Assembly (NCBI GenBank): GCA_977018835.1
Contig: OZ361259.1
Location: forward strand, 3,720,001-3,784,000
Source: Minutocellus sp. GHC0000111
Taxonomy: Eukaryota
DNA: 64,000 nucleotides
Direction of reading: 5' to 3'
Each line of letters begins with the position of its first letter. Within the stretch, counting starts at the first letter, position 1. Under the pieces are notes generated by a model. That model worked only from the letters and a program-made list of their open reading frames with translations, was not told where the DNA came from and ran no database searches. Made by a program: the position numbers and the translations under genes. Below are positions 1 through 12,042 of the stretch, in pieces.

Positions 1-1335
1 CATGCTGCTCCCCGAAACGGCCGAGGACATGCCATAAAACTCGTTCGGGTTGCCTCCGGAGGCTGGGGTGTCAATGCGTTCCAGCGGCTCTGCGATGATG
101 GCGCTGCAAAGATCGTCGTCGGGAAAGATCCAAGTCGTCAGGTTGGCACGGTCGGTACCGAGGGTGGGGGGTGGGGTCGGAGTGGGGGCGAACGTGCCGT
201 CGGAAACGCACTCGTTGGTGCGCTCGTTGAACCACGGAGACAAGGGAGTGCACTTGGCGACTCCACCGGAATACTTGCCCGTGCAGCATCCCGTTCCTGC
301 GGCCCAGGATCGGCACTCGCCGTTGGAATCGCACTTGGCCCAGTCGGCCTTGGAGTTGTTGGGTGAGGGAGTCGGGGCTACGGTAGCCGGGACGTCGACG
401 ACGCACTCGTTGGTACGTTGGTTGAACCACGGGGACAGGGGGGTGCACTTGGCGACCCCACCGGAGTACTTGCCTGTGCAGCAGCCCGTCCCATCGGACC
501 AGACCTTGCACTCGGAGCTGACGGTGCATCGGTCCCATTCGGCTAGCAGTTCAACCGCATCGGTGGCGTTGGCACTGCTTGCATTGAACGATGGGGCCGG
601 CACGGCCGTGGGGCGAGTGAGTGGGACCGATATGGACACCACGAGCACAATGGCCAGGAGGACCAGCAAGTCAGTACCGACGACGGTCGATCGTTGCTGC
701 GACAGCGTCTTCTTGTATTCGCCCTTGAGCTTGGAGATCCGTTCGTCGACGACGCGCTGGTCGACGAGGGAGAGGGCCGGTGCCTCGGCGCCGTTGCTGT
801 CGTCCTCGGACATGGACATGGCGTGGGTGACCAGGGTCGACGACAGGGCGCTCGGGGGGTGGTCGCCGCTGCCGCTGCCGTCGTCTTCGACCAGAGTCGC
901 CGTGACCACGACGGGGAGGTCGCCGTCCTCGGTGGAAGAAGGGCCGGTGGTCGGGTTTGTGTGCGATGGCGTGCTGCCGGAGGTTGTGGCGGTGTTGTCG
1001 TTAGCGTTGGGTGCATCGAGATCTACCACCCCCGAGTTGCGAGTGAGGGTGGTGCGAGGCACGACGTGGTAGGCGCCAGGGCCCAGCTGCCGATTGTCGA
1101 CGCCGCCAGCGGCCCAGCCGGAGTAGCTGCTGACCAGGGTGCTCCCGTCGTCGCCACCGGCAGCCAGAGCGCCGGCCCCAACAGTATGAATGGTCGTTTC
1201 GTCGCCGCCGACGGCCAGAATGCTGCTGCTGCTGCAAGTCGCCTCGTCTCCTTCGAGGCAATTTGCATCTTCGGCCTCCCGCCGGTGGTTCTGGTTGGCT
1301 CCTCCTCCGTCGACAGTGTTGGCTACGAGGACCAT
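1..1335 (-). CDS. Type II membrane protein with two 6-Cys modules, running into an FG-GAP-like region (paralog A; 3' end outside window)
   Basis: Hand translation from ATG at 1335 is open to base 1. It reads MVLVANTVDGGG...GPGAYHVVPRTTL...TM (LLVLLAIVLVVSISVPL)...two CCTGKYSGGVAKCTPLSPWFN repeats...SGGNPNEFYGMSSAVSG, the last matching the start of the FG-GAP region at ~6955. It is absent from the ORF track because there is no stop in the window. Confidence 0.85.
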   Translation of the reverse strand, partial: MVLVANTVDGGGANQNHRREAEDANCLEGDEATCSSSSILAVGGDETTIHTVGAGALAAGGDDGSTLVSSYSGWAAGGVDNRQLGPGAYHVVPRTTLTRNSGVVDLDAPNANDNTATTSGSTPSHTNPTTGPSSTEDGDLPVVVTATLVEDDGSGSGDHPPSALSSTLVTHAMSMSEDDSNGAEAPALSLVDQRVVDERISKLKGEYKKTLSQQRSTVVGTDLLVLLAIVLVVSISVPLTRPTAVPAPSFNASSANATDAVELLAEWDRCTVSSECKVWSDGTGCCTGKYSGGVAKCTPLSPWFNQRTNECVVDVPATVAPTPSPNNSKADWAKCDSNGECRSWAAGTGCCTGKYSGGVAKCTPLSPWFNERTNECVSDGTFAPTPTPPPTLGTDRANLTTWIFPDDDLCSAIIAEPLERIDTPASGGNPNEFYGMSSAVSGSSM

Positions 1336-1899
1336 GTTCTCTCTCTTTCTCTCTCTCTTTCTCCACAAGCAAGATGCTACGTAGCTCTATTCCTATTGTG
1401 GAGGCTCGGACGATTTTACAGCGGAGGTGCTGTCAGCGTGTTCAGGAGAATGCATTTATTGGGAGCTGCTTTTTTTAGCCCCTGTTGGGAGCTGCCGTTT
1501 TTTTAGTGGCTGTCAGCTACCGATTGCGATGCGACGAGAGAAAGAAAGTTACTGTAAGAAAGTGCAGAGGACATCCTCAAGGAGCGAGCGTGGAAAAGTG
1601 TGGCGCTATAATACGGCGAAAAGGCCTGAAAAAGCTGTTTCTGTGCAACCCACTGCTACCCGCGAAAAACTTGTTTTGAGCAGAAAGAGGCCGCCTTTCT
1701 TAGATGCACAGTCTGGAACAAGCCTCGACAGCGAACAATGTGTAAGATAATGAATGTAGATGATGACGCGTTCTCGGACACTGCGTCACTTTTGTCAGCG
1801 CCACGTCGCGCCACACAACAAGCATTAGCCTGCGCGTCAAGTCAAAATCAGACAACGTCAGCAATCAGCTCCTTTGTCAAGACGCATTTGCGACGGTGA

Positions 1900-1947
1900 A
1901 ATACTACGTAGCATTCGCCTGTTATACTGTAATACTACGTAGCATTC
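1900..1947. repeat. 17-bp direct repeat AATACTACGTAGCATTC in the divergent promoter
   Basis: Exact copies at 1900-1916 and 1931-1947, each with a CTACGTAG palindrome. Confidence 0.8.
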
Positions 1948-2058
1948 TGTGAATACAACGACGCACCGGGAGCCGCTTTCTTTTTTACATTGTCATCTCC
2001 ACGCTACCCCCGCACCTCGACTCTCTTCCCCTTCTCGCATTGATTTGTTTGCACAAAC

Positions 2059-3252
2059 ATGAAACTCGTAGAGCTCGTCGTACAAAAGAAGAGCACGCCT
2101 TCCACGCTGCTCGACGAGGGCAGCAATGACGAGGGCAACCAGAATCGCCATCATGGACAAACCGACGATGCATGCAGCCATCGACTCAGCGACAGCACTG
2201 CCGAGGCATCCGCGTCCGATGGCAGCAGCCATGCCACGGAAGGTGGCGATGGCGACGATGGCGGCGGCGAGGACACCACCATCAGCACAGGGTTCGATTG
2301 GGCCGCATCGAGGTGGAACCGGGGACATCGACAGCACCCACAGCGCCCGCAGCAGCTGGGACCCGGGGCCTGGCACGTGCTGCCCCGAACAACGCTGGTC
2401 CGTAGCTCGTGGACGGCCGAACCCGAGGCCGAGCCGGCACAAGTCGAAGCGCCAGGCACTGGAGAAAACGTCGTGCACATTGTCAATGCCACATTGGTCG
2501 ACGATGATACCATTGACATCGGAGGCAGTGGCAATCATACTGACCAACAACCTCCAATTTCGTCGACCCTGGTCGCCCACGCCATGTCCATGCCCGAGGA
2601 CGACAGCAACGGCGCCGAGGCACCGGCCCTCTCCCTTGTCGATCAGCGCGTCGTCGACGAGCGGATCTCCAAGCTCAAGGGGGAGTACAAGAAGACGCTG
2701 TCGCAGCAACGATCGACCGTCGTCGGTGCTGCCTTGCTGGTCCTCCTCGCCATTGTGCTCGTGGTGTCGATATCGGTCCCACTCAGTCGTCCCGCGGCCA
2801 CAGTCCCTACCAATACCACCACAAATGCTGATATCAACAGCACTGTGGAATTACTACCAGAATTTTCCATATGTTCCTTCAGCTCCGAGTGCAAGGTCTG
2901 GTCCGATGGGACGGGCTGCTGCACAGGCAAGTACTCTGGTGGAATAAGAGAGTGCACGCCCTTGTCGCCATGGTTCAATCACCGTGCAAACGAATGCGTG
3001 GTTGATAACATCGCCACCGTAGCCCCGACCGCTGCGCCAAACAACTCGAAGGCCGACTGGGCCAAGTGCGATTCCAACGGTGAGTGCCTTTCTTGGACCG
3101 ACGGGACGGGATGCTGCACGGGCAAGTACTCTGGCGGGGTGACCAAGTGCACCCCACTCTCTCAATGGTTCAACAAACGCACCAACGAATGCGTTTCCGA
3201 TGACACGACCACCGGCACCGGCACTTCGGCTCCAACTGCATCTTCCTGGTAA
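2059..3252 (+). CDS. Paralog B: TM plus two 6-Cys modules, truncated before the FG-GAP propeller
   Basis: 397-aa ORF with GPGAWHVLPRTTL, the same coiled/TM segment as paralog A and two Cys modules. It stops just after them. Confidence 0.8.
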   Translation: MKLVELVVQKKSTPSTLLDEGSNDEGNQNRHHGQTDDACSHRLSDSTAEASASDGSSHATEGGDGDDGGGEDTTISTGFDWAASRWNRGHRQHPQRPQQLGPGAWHVLPRTTLVRSSWTAEPEAEPAQVEAPGTGENVVHIVNATLVDDDTIDIGGSGNHTDQQPPISSTLVAHAMSMPEDDSNGAEAPALSLVDQRVVDERISKLKGEYKKTLSQQRSTVVGAALLVLLAIVLVVSISVPLSRPAATVPTNTTTNADINSTVELLPEFSICSFSSECKVWSDGTGCCTGKYSGGIRECTPLSPWFNHRANECVVDNIATVAPTAAPNNSKADWAKCDSNGECLSWTDGTGCCTGKYSGGVTKCTPLSQWFNKRTNECVSDDTTTGTGTSAPTASSW

Positions 3253-3431
3253 GGCAATCGTAATCTTGCCGTAGCGATTCTAAAACAAAAGAAATACGGA
3301 GCATATTTCTGCAGCCGGCTTTCTCTACGCTGAGATGTCATTGTTTACATAAAAGGACAAACTCCAACGAAAGCTAGGTATCGCTAATGCAAGATGAAGC
3401 ATGTAATGTAGAAATTACGTGTACAGTTGCA

Positions 3432-3670
3432 TAACTCCAACTCCAACATCATCTGCTCCAGGCGAAGGAGGAGCAACCTATGTTTACAAAAACAATGATG
3501 GTATTTGGAAACTGCATATAAATTCCAATATCCCAACACATCATCGCTCCGCAAGTCCATTGGATTATCGAAGACGGAACTCGTCGCAGCCGATCCTGTC
3601 TACAAGCTAAATGGCATGGAGAAATCAGGAGCAGCCAGCCTTTGTTGCGTACTACTTGCTTAAAATGCTG
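3432..3670 (+). pseudogene. Decayed C-terminal fragment of the FG-GAP gene
   Basis: TPTPTSSAPGEGGATYVYKNNDGIW is nearly identical to ~7935-8172, followed by indels. Similarity extends into the 3' UTR. Confidence 0.85.
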
Positions 3671-4008
3671 AGAAGAAAGTATATAGAATGACGAGGGCTA
3701 CGTAGCTATGGGGCTTTATAAGATGAAATTCATTATCCAAAAGAAAAAATTAGACAATTTTTATAGTAGGAGAGTATCCAAAGTTAGCAGACGAGAATAG
3801 ATTGCATCGAGATGCATACCTTGAGACGCCTGTACTTATGTTGGATCGCACATGTACTCACGATGCGCAAACTTTTGAATATTTGCCAGCTCAATGAAAA
3901 CAAGTATCTGCTGAATCGGGCTTGTACTAAGCAATACATGTAGAAGGAAGACCTTTGATAAACAAACAATTAATTTTTGGCAAAAACGAATCTCTATTCT
4001 TCGTCTCT

Positions 4009-5287
4009 CTAAGGGCAAGCTCCACATTCATTACTGTTCCAGCAACATCCATTATTCTGGCAGGGTCTTGATTTCTTGTAGTCGCAGCTTGCAGGGGCGT
4101 TTGTTGTGGGACAGCTACCATTGGCGCAGACTCCTCCTCCTCCTGTTAGTGAAGCAGACTTTGCCAAATCAAAAACGGATTCGGCGTCTCCAGAATTAAG
4201 GAATGCCCCACCCATTCGTCGCAAACGCTTTGTTGGAATCGTCGTAGACGCAATGGGCGGCCGTGAGAACGATCGAACGGCCAGAAACGCCGTCTGCCAC
4301 AACCGTGCCAGAGCAGATGTAGTCGCTACTGCCCATTGTGAAAAGAATCCGTCCTCCGACATATTCCGCGTTTTTAATGGATGGGTGGTCGTACATGTAG
4401 TGACAAAAGCCTTCTGCTGTAGAAGTAGTGAAATCGCAGTCAGTGAGGCTGGAGCATGTCCCTCCTCCACCACCACCGCCGCCGCCACTGCCCCCCGTAT
4501 CAACAGTAAAATTGATTTCGTCCGAAGTACCCGTGGTCCTTCTGTACTTCGCCCAGGCCCACCACGTCCAGTCCCCATCTGTGAAGCCGGTAAGTGACAC
4601 CCCACACACATTCGTGGTCCCAGTAACTCGGCCCATGTCGAAGCTACCTACTGCTCCGCTCGGATATCGAATGTAGGTTTTGGCAGACTGGACCGGGCCG
4701 TCGATCGTGAGAAAGAATGAGGAGCCTACGTCAATTTCCGCTCCTTCAACAGGCTCCATATTTGTAAAGTCGGGTGGTGAGAATAGATTCCTACCGACGT
4801 TGGCGTTGTCTTCCAGCAGACCACGCTCGGGCTTTTTGCCATACTCCTTGAGGGCATACACGGTGCGTGGTTTTCCGTTGCTTCTTTGAGCCGTGCCAAA
4901 ATCCTTCATGTACGCCTTGCCGGTCTGCTTGTCGATGTGCAGATCGCGAGGGACGGCATTCGCAACTCGGGCGGGCGTCCAATAGTCAAAGGCAGTGCGG
5001 GCTTGTTCCGAGGCCCCCCCATTTCCACGAGCAGATCGAAATAGAGGTTTGAGTTCTCTTTCGACGTCAGATTTGCCACGGATCGATCCGTTCCCCCCTC
5101 CATCGAAGGCACCAACGGAGTGAATGGTCGTCGTGTCGCCGCCTCCGCTGACGGCCAGAATACTTGTACCATCCTCGCATGCAGTCTCATCTTCCTCAAA
5201 GCAGCACGAAGCATCTTGAACCGCAGCTTCTGGCCGACTCTGCCGGTTGGCCGCCTCCTCGTCGAGTATGCTTTCCAGGAGGACCAT
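4009..5287 (-). pseudogene. Chimeric gene: paralog-A-like N-terminus fused to a trypsin/V8-like serine protease lacking its catalytic Asp/Ser region
   Basis: Contains YWTPARVANAVPRDL propeptide and GGRILF..CSGTVV..VLTAAHCVYD (catalytic His). The frame changes at ~4210 into a Cys-rich tail, and no GxSGG motif is present. Confidence 0.7.
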
Positions 5288-6038
5288 TTTCCACTCAAAG
5301 ATACTGATGCTGTATTATGCTTTTGTGTGATTGATTTGCGTAGGACGGCCGTCTACAATTAATTGTAGCTCTTACGAGAATTGTGCATGTACATAAAATG
5401 AGTGCTGTATTGAATGATGCTGGTGACGTGCGAGGACGAGGGAGGGAGCACCAAGCTGTAGCCTGCTACCCTGCTGCTTCGCGTTTTTTTATCACTGACA
5501 TGCGGTCTGATGCAATGAATGAGTGGCGGATGTCGCACGCCGCCGCGCCACACAATGCTGCCTGTGCGTATAGGCCGCATGCAAACAGAAACTTCAGAAG
5601 TGATTGGCCTGGAGTGGCGTCAGAGAGAATGTTGGGGAACAGATGCCATCTGGACTGTTCAGGCCCTAAGCAAAACAAATATGATATTGATAATGAAGTG
5701 CGTCATTAGAGCGGCACCACGTTCTCTGCCACGTTGCCGCCAAAGAACGAAAAAGAAAGGGTCCCTCACAAAGTACGAAAGTGCGGCTTGGATTTCTTTC
5801 CCATGTGACAAACTTGCGACAGCAGAGCACACTTCATTTATTGCTTACTGGCGCAAAACGTCGTTGTCAACATCCGTCATCAAGCGCCAAAATCAAGACA
5901 CTTACGAGCTACAGCGAGGTGCGAAAGACTGGCTGGAATACCTCTCGTAGCAGGCAGCGCCGAAAGACAGTAGCATCTGCACGCTACAGACACACCTGCT
6001 GGCTTCCCCTCTTCAAACGTCATGTATATGCACAAACC

Positions 6039-8172
6039 ATGAAACTGGTCGAGCTCACGAGCAAAGCACCAAAGAAGCGGCCGGCGTTGACGCCGGACGC
6101 CGACGAGGAGAACCAGAACCGCCGCCAGCAAACCGAAGCTACCGCCGAGGCCAGCGATGCCGAGGCCGAGTCCGGCAGCCAGACAGAGAATGGCAGCTCC
6201 GGTGGGAGCAGCCTGACCCTGGGAGGTGACGACAACAATGGCGGCGGCGACGACACCACCATCAGCACCGGTTCTGATTGGGCGATGTCGTCCCAATCCC
6301 AACATCATCGTCGGCTGCAACTCGGTCCCGGAGCCTGGCACGTCCTACCCCGTACCAACCTCGTACGACATTCGTGGACGGATGCCGCCATGACGACTAC
6401 GGCCGAACCAGATCCTGGACTGACGACGACCACCCACCAAATCGATGCAGGAAGCAGCAGCGCCGGAGGAGGAGACGACGTCGTGCACATCGTCACGGCC
6501 ACGCTGGTCCAAGACAACGAAGACGACGATAGCGGCGAGACGCCGACCAATGAGAGCGCCCTGTCATCGACCCTGGTCACCCACGCCATGTCCGATCAGC
6601 AAGTGCACCTCGCTCTCTCCTGGATTCAACCAGACCAGCAATGAGTGCATCGTTGATGATAACGCCGCAGCCTCCACTGGCAGCTCAGCAGCTTCTACCC
6701 CTGATACCGGTAGCACGAGCAATAACAATCTCAAGGGCTTCTGGTCTAAGTGCGAGTCAAGCACCGAGTGCAAAGCCTGGGCCAACGAGAAGGGCTGCTG
6801 CTCGGGCAAGTACTCCGGCGGCGTCAGTAAGTGTACCCCGTTGTCTCCGAACTTCAACTTCGAATCCAATGGGTGCATCATGGCTTCGGCGCCTTTTCAG
6901 CCAGAACCCTGTACCAAAGTGATGACTGAACTCGAACGCAGAGAGACTGCATCTTCTGGAGGTAGAAAGGACGAGTTTTATGGCATGTGGTCCTCTATTT
7001 CGGGTACCACGGCCGCCATCGGCTCTCCTGGAACCGAGGCCAAAGGTCCTGATGGTGAGGTGCACAAGCTAGGTAGAGTTCACATCTTTGAGGGTAAAGA
7101 ATCAGACCCAAAGGATGGATCAGATTCCGAACTTATCTGGGAGGAAGCGAGCGTCCTGGAACCCGCCACTCGAGATACTAAATTTGGGCTGGCAGCATCG
7201 TTTGGATTCCGTGTCGCTCTTTCCGGTAATGTTTTGGCCATCACGGCCTTTACTGATGGTACTAGGTTCCGAAGAGTTGGTATGGTCTACGTTTTCCGTC
7301 GAGGGAGTGACTCCAAAACTTGGCTTGAGGAGGCTATTATTCTACCACCCCAGGACGCGCAGGACGACGATGCTTTGGTGGCCACATTCGGAACTCAGAT
7401 TGCCGTATCGGGCGATACTGTCGCCATTGCATCCCCAAAGAGCCATAACGGAAAGGGCGCAGCTCATGTGTTTGGCCGCAGGGCTAACGTCGACGGCACT
7501 GCCGTTTGGGCAGAAGAGGCCAAGCTACAGTCATCGGACGGCGCAGAGAGAGACGAATTTGGTAGTAGTCTGGCCATTGACGGCAACACCATCGTTAGCG
7601 GTTCCGTCTTGGCAAAGAACGAAAATGGAAAGACCATAGGAAAGGCCTATGTATTCTCAAAGGACGCAAAGGGTAATTGGAAAGAAGCCAGCATTCTGAC
7701 TTCTCCCTCAAATAATGACTTTGGATTTTCTGTCGCCATCTACGATGGGATCGTTGCTATCGGTGCACCCTTTGCCGGTGCAAGCCGCGACGGAGCTGTA
7801 TATGTCTATTCATGCTCCGATGGAGGAGGTCATATCAGTTGTGAAGAGACGGCCAAGCTTTCAGCTGAGAATGCCAGCGAGTTTGGAGGCAGCCTTGCTA
7901 TTCATGGTGATATCATTGCTATCGGGGCTCCGTCTACTCCAACTCCAACGTCATCTGCTCCAGGCGAGGGAGGTGGTGCCTATGTTTACAAAAACAATGG
8001 TGGCATGTGGACCCTGCAGAATAAATTTCAATATCCTGACACTATGTCCCTTGGCAGATCCATCGGAATTTCCAAGACGGCACTTGTCACAGCTGATCCG
8101 GTCTACAAACGAAATGGCATAGAGAAATCAGGAGCGGCTTTTGTTGCCAACTACAAGCTCAGCGAATGTTGA
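6039..8172 (+). pseudogene. Paralog B': Cys module plus FG-GAP repeat beta-propeller, with a frameshifting deletion at ~6595 that removes the TM
   Basis: MKLVELTSK...GPGAWHVLPRT...HAMS then jumps frame to KCTSLSPGFN. Downstream are repeated FG.s.AisG..iaigap motifs. Confidence 0.75.
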
Positions 8173-8447
8173 CATGAAAGATTACATGAAATGATGAGAG
8201 CTAGCTACTGTACCTTTATGCGGGAAAAATCATAATCTTTTCCTTATTACGATTGTACTCCTGCGAGAAGCTTCTGTACATTGCCATGTGGACCGGCTCG
8301 AGAAGAACGCTCTGGTAAATCAGTCTGGCATATTAGAACATAAACAAGACAACCGTAAGTCTTTCTAAATCTTGCGTCAACTCTACAAATCAATCTCTAA
8401 ATTTCGATCAGTATAAAAATATAGTCAAACAGATCATCTGACTTTGT

Positions 8448-10382
8448 CTACCAGCACTTGCCACTATTCAAGTTACACCCGTTGCAGCAATCCGTGGACG
8501 AGTCACAAGGCGAGTAGCCTTTGCTATAACAACCACCGCCGCCACCTCCACCGTCATCTGGTGGCGGACCTATGCAGCAATTCCCATTCCTAGGCTTACC
8601 CTTTTGGGGTGATGTGCAGTCCGAGTTTCCCCAAAAGCAACTAGGTTCCAGATTACTGCAAGACGCCTTGTCGTTGATTTCGCCGCAAGAACCATCAACG
8701 CAATTGTCCTTCTCTTCATCGCAAAGTTGCCCTTCGCAGGGTGTAGACGTTCCTGTTTTGCAGGTATTACCGTCGCAAAATTCTACCCCATTGCAAAAGA
8801 GACCGTCGTCACAGTGAGCATCAGACAAGCACTCTACCATATCAGTGCAAGATCGACTGTCGCGAAAAGCGATTATATCAGGAATAGTGTACGTCGGATG
8901 AAAGGTATTTGCGCTGGTGATGTAGGGGTTCATCGTATTGGACGTGCAACTACAGTGACCTGCGTTCCAGTTGTGGCCTGGAAGGATGCATGCAGAAAAG
9001 ATGAAAACGGTTGAGAGAAAAAAAATACGACGAAACCATTGATTTCGAACCTATTCTCAGATAATAGTTATCACTTACCAAGTTCGTGGGCAGACAGATC
9101 TGTAGCTGACTTGAAATTACCGTTGAAGTCGGACTGCACAAGGCCGTAGGCATATGGGAGGTTACACACACCCCCAACCCAGGCGATGCCAATAGTTCCG
9201 CCGTCGATTTCCTTTCCAGTAAATTGTCTTTGAAGGTTGGTATGAGCAACACGAAGTTGTTAGAGATATGATGACAGACGTAGCTGTTCCTACATACAAT
9301 ATGTGAACTTGTTGTACTCACTGAGCGACATCGCGGTCAACACCGGCTTGATTACTGTTCCACTCAGAACGGAACTGGTTAAGGAGGGTGGTGGCGTCGG
9401 TAGAAGTGTAGGGCTGGTTAACGGATGTGCGGACGAGGATCGTAGTGATGCTATGCGTGATGCCAACCTCCCATTCGTATTGAATATTCACAGTATTGAT
9501 CACGTTCTCGATCCTATCACTGACAGCTGACCCATAGTCAAGGTAGTATTCATAATCAGCATCAACAGCCAGATTGGCAATGCTAATGGGCCCCGAGGCA
9601 AGGCGACGCTCATTGGAGTGAGTCTCTCCTCTGAGATGTCCGTGATGATGAAAGGGATGGTAGTGCATTTCATCGATATTCTCTTCGTTGTCATCCCCGA
9701 GCTTTCGACCTGGCACTGCCATGGCTCCACAGACCTTGTCACTTCGCTCGATAACATCCTTGTTGGTGTAGACAGCGTATTTCTTCTCTGAACCGAGTCC
9801 TGGCAGCCCATTGCCGTCGATGGGCTCAATATGAAGAGTGTCTCCACTCGACCTAAAAGTGGTCATGGTGATCGTGTCATCGACGACTGAAGCAGCAACG
9901 GCGTGCCCGTCGTTGTCTGTTCCTAGATACGTCGTCTCTTGTCCTGGATCAGCTTGGACAATCTGACCGCTTGGCTTTTGGACGAGGACTTGGAATTTTT
10001 CCGGCGATCGAACAGAATGAGGGCGAAGATCGACGGTTTTTGGATTGCCGTTCTCGTCGTGGATGTGGACGCTGCAGCGGCGTGGTCTACCGTTGGCTTC
10101 AGTGCAGGAAGAAAGCGAATAAATTTCATCGAGGTGCCCACGACGGAGTCCCATGGCACGAGCGGCCTGAAGAGGGAGCTCAGGGAGACTTTTGGCCGAA
10201 CTATCACGAAAGATGCCACTGGCATCGGCGATGAGCACAGACGATGGACTCATCAAGATCGCAGCCGCCATGACCGCAATCAGTGGAGGATGACGAATCA
10301 TTATCGGATCGGCCCAAACCGATCCAAGACGGCCGGCCGAGACGAGGTAGACGATGGATATGATTTGGCGTAGGTTCTTCAT
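8448..10382 (-). CDS. Secreted M12B/reprolysin-like zinc metalloprotease with Cys-rich C-terminus (3 exons)
   Basis: Exons ~10382-9323, ~9228-9079 and ~8978-8448 with GT-AG introns. Splicing gives AHELGHNWNAGHC plus the Met-turn TMNP, and the exons carry LAVDADYEY and GTIGIAW. The start codon is uncertain. Confidence 0.85.
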
Positions 10383-11018
10383 TCCGAATCGATGCTTGTA
10401 TCTTTGTTCTTCAGTGTTTGCTGTGGGTTGGTGGGATACTGATATGATTTGATTGCACCGTTCTCGTTTGTGCGCTTCAATCGTTTTACTAGCTAGTATG
10501 AGTTTGCTCCTGCGTTGCGCGCGCATGTTCGATCATGCGAAAGTTGGCTGCCCATCGTTCGCTTTCGCTGACACCCTCAAAATAAAAACTCTGCAGATCG
10601 ATGAGAACCCTTCTCCATAAGATAGGCACTAAATAGGCGGTATTTAGTGCCACGTGCCTTTTCGTCTGTCTACGTCTCGTGCCGAACTGCCCGGGGCGTA
10701 TCGCTGCCGAGCGGCCCACCGTTGCTCCACCATCTTGTCGGCAGTCGATGCGCCGACGTCCCGACGATTGTTGCTACATCGCTGAGCGGGGTGATGTTGC
10801 GGTGGTATCCTTTGCCCAGCTCGCGGCGACGCACTTTTGCCGCAAACACGAGATGTGGCTGTTGAAAATTTTTCAAGTCGAGGCTGCTGATCCCGTAGTT
10901 GACGAAAATCGGGATCAAATCCCAGCCCAAACCCAAAAACTCGACAACTCTCCACAACCTTTGGTGCCGTTCCTCCTTTGAGATACCACCGCTCTTGCTT
11001 GGTTGCCGCAAAGCCAAG

Positions 11019-11868
11019 ATGAGCACCCTTTCCCACCACCATCACGCACCCCCCACAATGAGCGGCGCCCACGACGGCAAGTCGGCCGAAACGCGCAACC
11101 TCCGTCCCGGCGAAATCTCCTCGGGCACGACCGTCATCGCCATCCCCTTCCCCGGCGGCGTCGTCCTCGGTGCCGACTCCCGCGTCTCCACCGGCACGTA
11201 CGTGGCCAACCGCGTCTCCGACAAGATCGCCCAGCTCCACGATCGCATCTGGTGCTGCCGGTCGGGCAGTGCCGCCGATACCCAGGCGTTGACCGACTAC
11301 GTCAAGCATTATCTGAGCCAGCTGGCCGTCGAGACGGGTAGGGTGCCGACCGTCAAGGTGGCGGCGCATCTGATGAGACGGCTGTGCTATGAGAACAAGG
11401 ACAATTTGATGGCGGGAGTTATTGTCGGTGGTTGGGATCCCGTCGACGGCGGGAGTGTTTGTAAGTTTTGCAATTATTGCGCATGTTTGTTGGTGTTGTG
11501 TCGGTTTTGAGAGATACGCCCCGACACATTCATCCGACCCCCCACTCACCAAATATTCCCCCCTCTCTCTATATATTGCCACACGATGCAATGCACCAAT
11601 ACCAGACAACATCCCCCTCGGCGGATCCTGCATCAAGATGCCCTGGGCCATCGGCGGCTCCGGCTCCACCTTCATCTACGGCCTTTGCGATTCCGAATTT
11701 CGGGACGGCATGTCCCAGGACGAGGCCAACCGTCTCGTCAAGTTGGCCCTCAGTCATGCCATGGCCCGCGATGGGAGCAGCGGTGGGATTATCCGGACGG
11801 TGACCGTGACCGAGGAGGGCAACGAGCGGGAGTATGTTCCCGGTGATCAGCTACCCTTTGGACCGTAG
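11019..11868 (+). CDS. PSMB6: 20S proteasome subunit beta1 (beta type-6)
   Basis: Propeptide then G/TTVIA..GADSRVSTGTYVANRVSDK, CRSGSAADTQA and ARDGSSGG. Intron at 11461-11605. Confidence 0.95.
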
Positions 11869-12042
11869 GCTGTTGCATAGCAGTTGAGATGGATAGGTAC
11901 TGCACGGAGTAGATGGATCAGCAAGACCGACGATCGGGACGGGTGTCCTTGTGTTGGTGCGGATATGAGATAGTAAGGAGTAGGAGGAATTTGCCATTGA
12001 TACGTACTTGCATAATGTATGCCTTATTTATGTCTACGTAGC

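Noticed and set aside
50..1506. Long + strand ORFs (50-1072, 694-1506) and similar antisense ORFs across the window
   Set aside because: They are shadows of GC-rich genes on the opposite strand, and the recognisable protein motifs are on the other strand.
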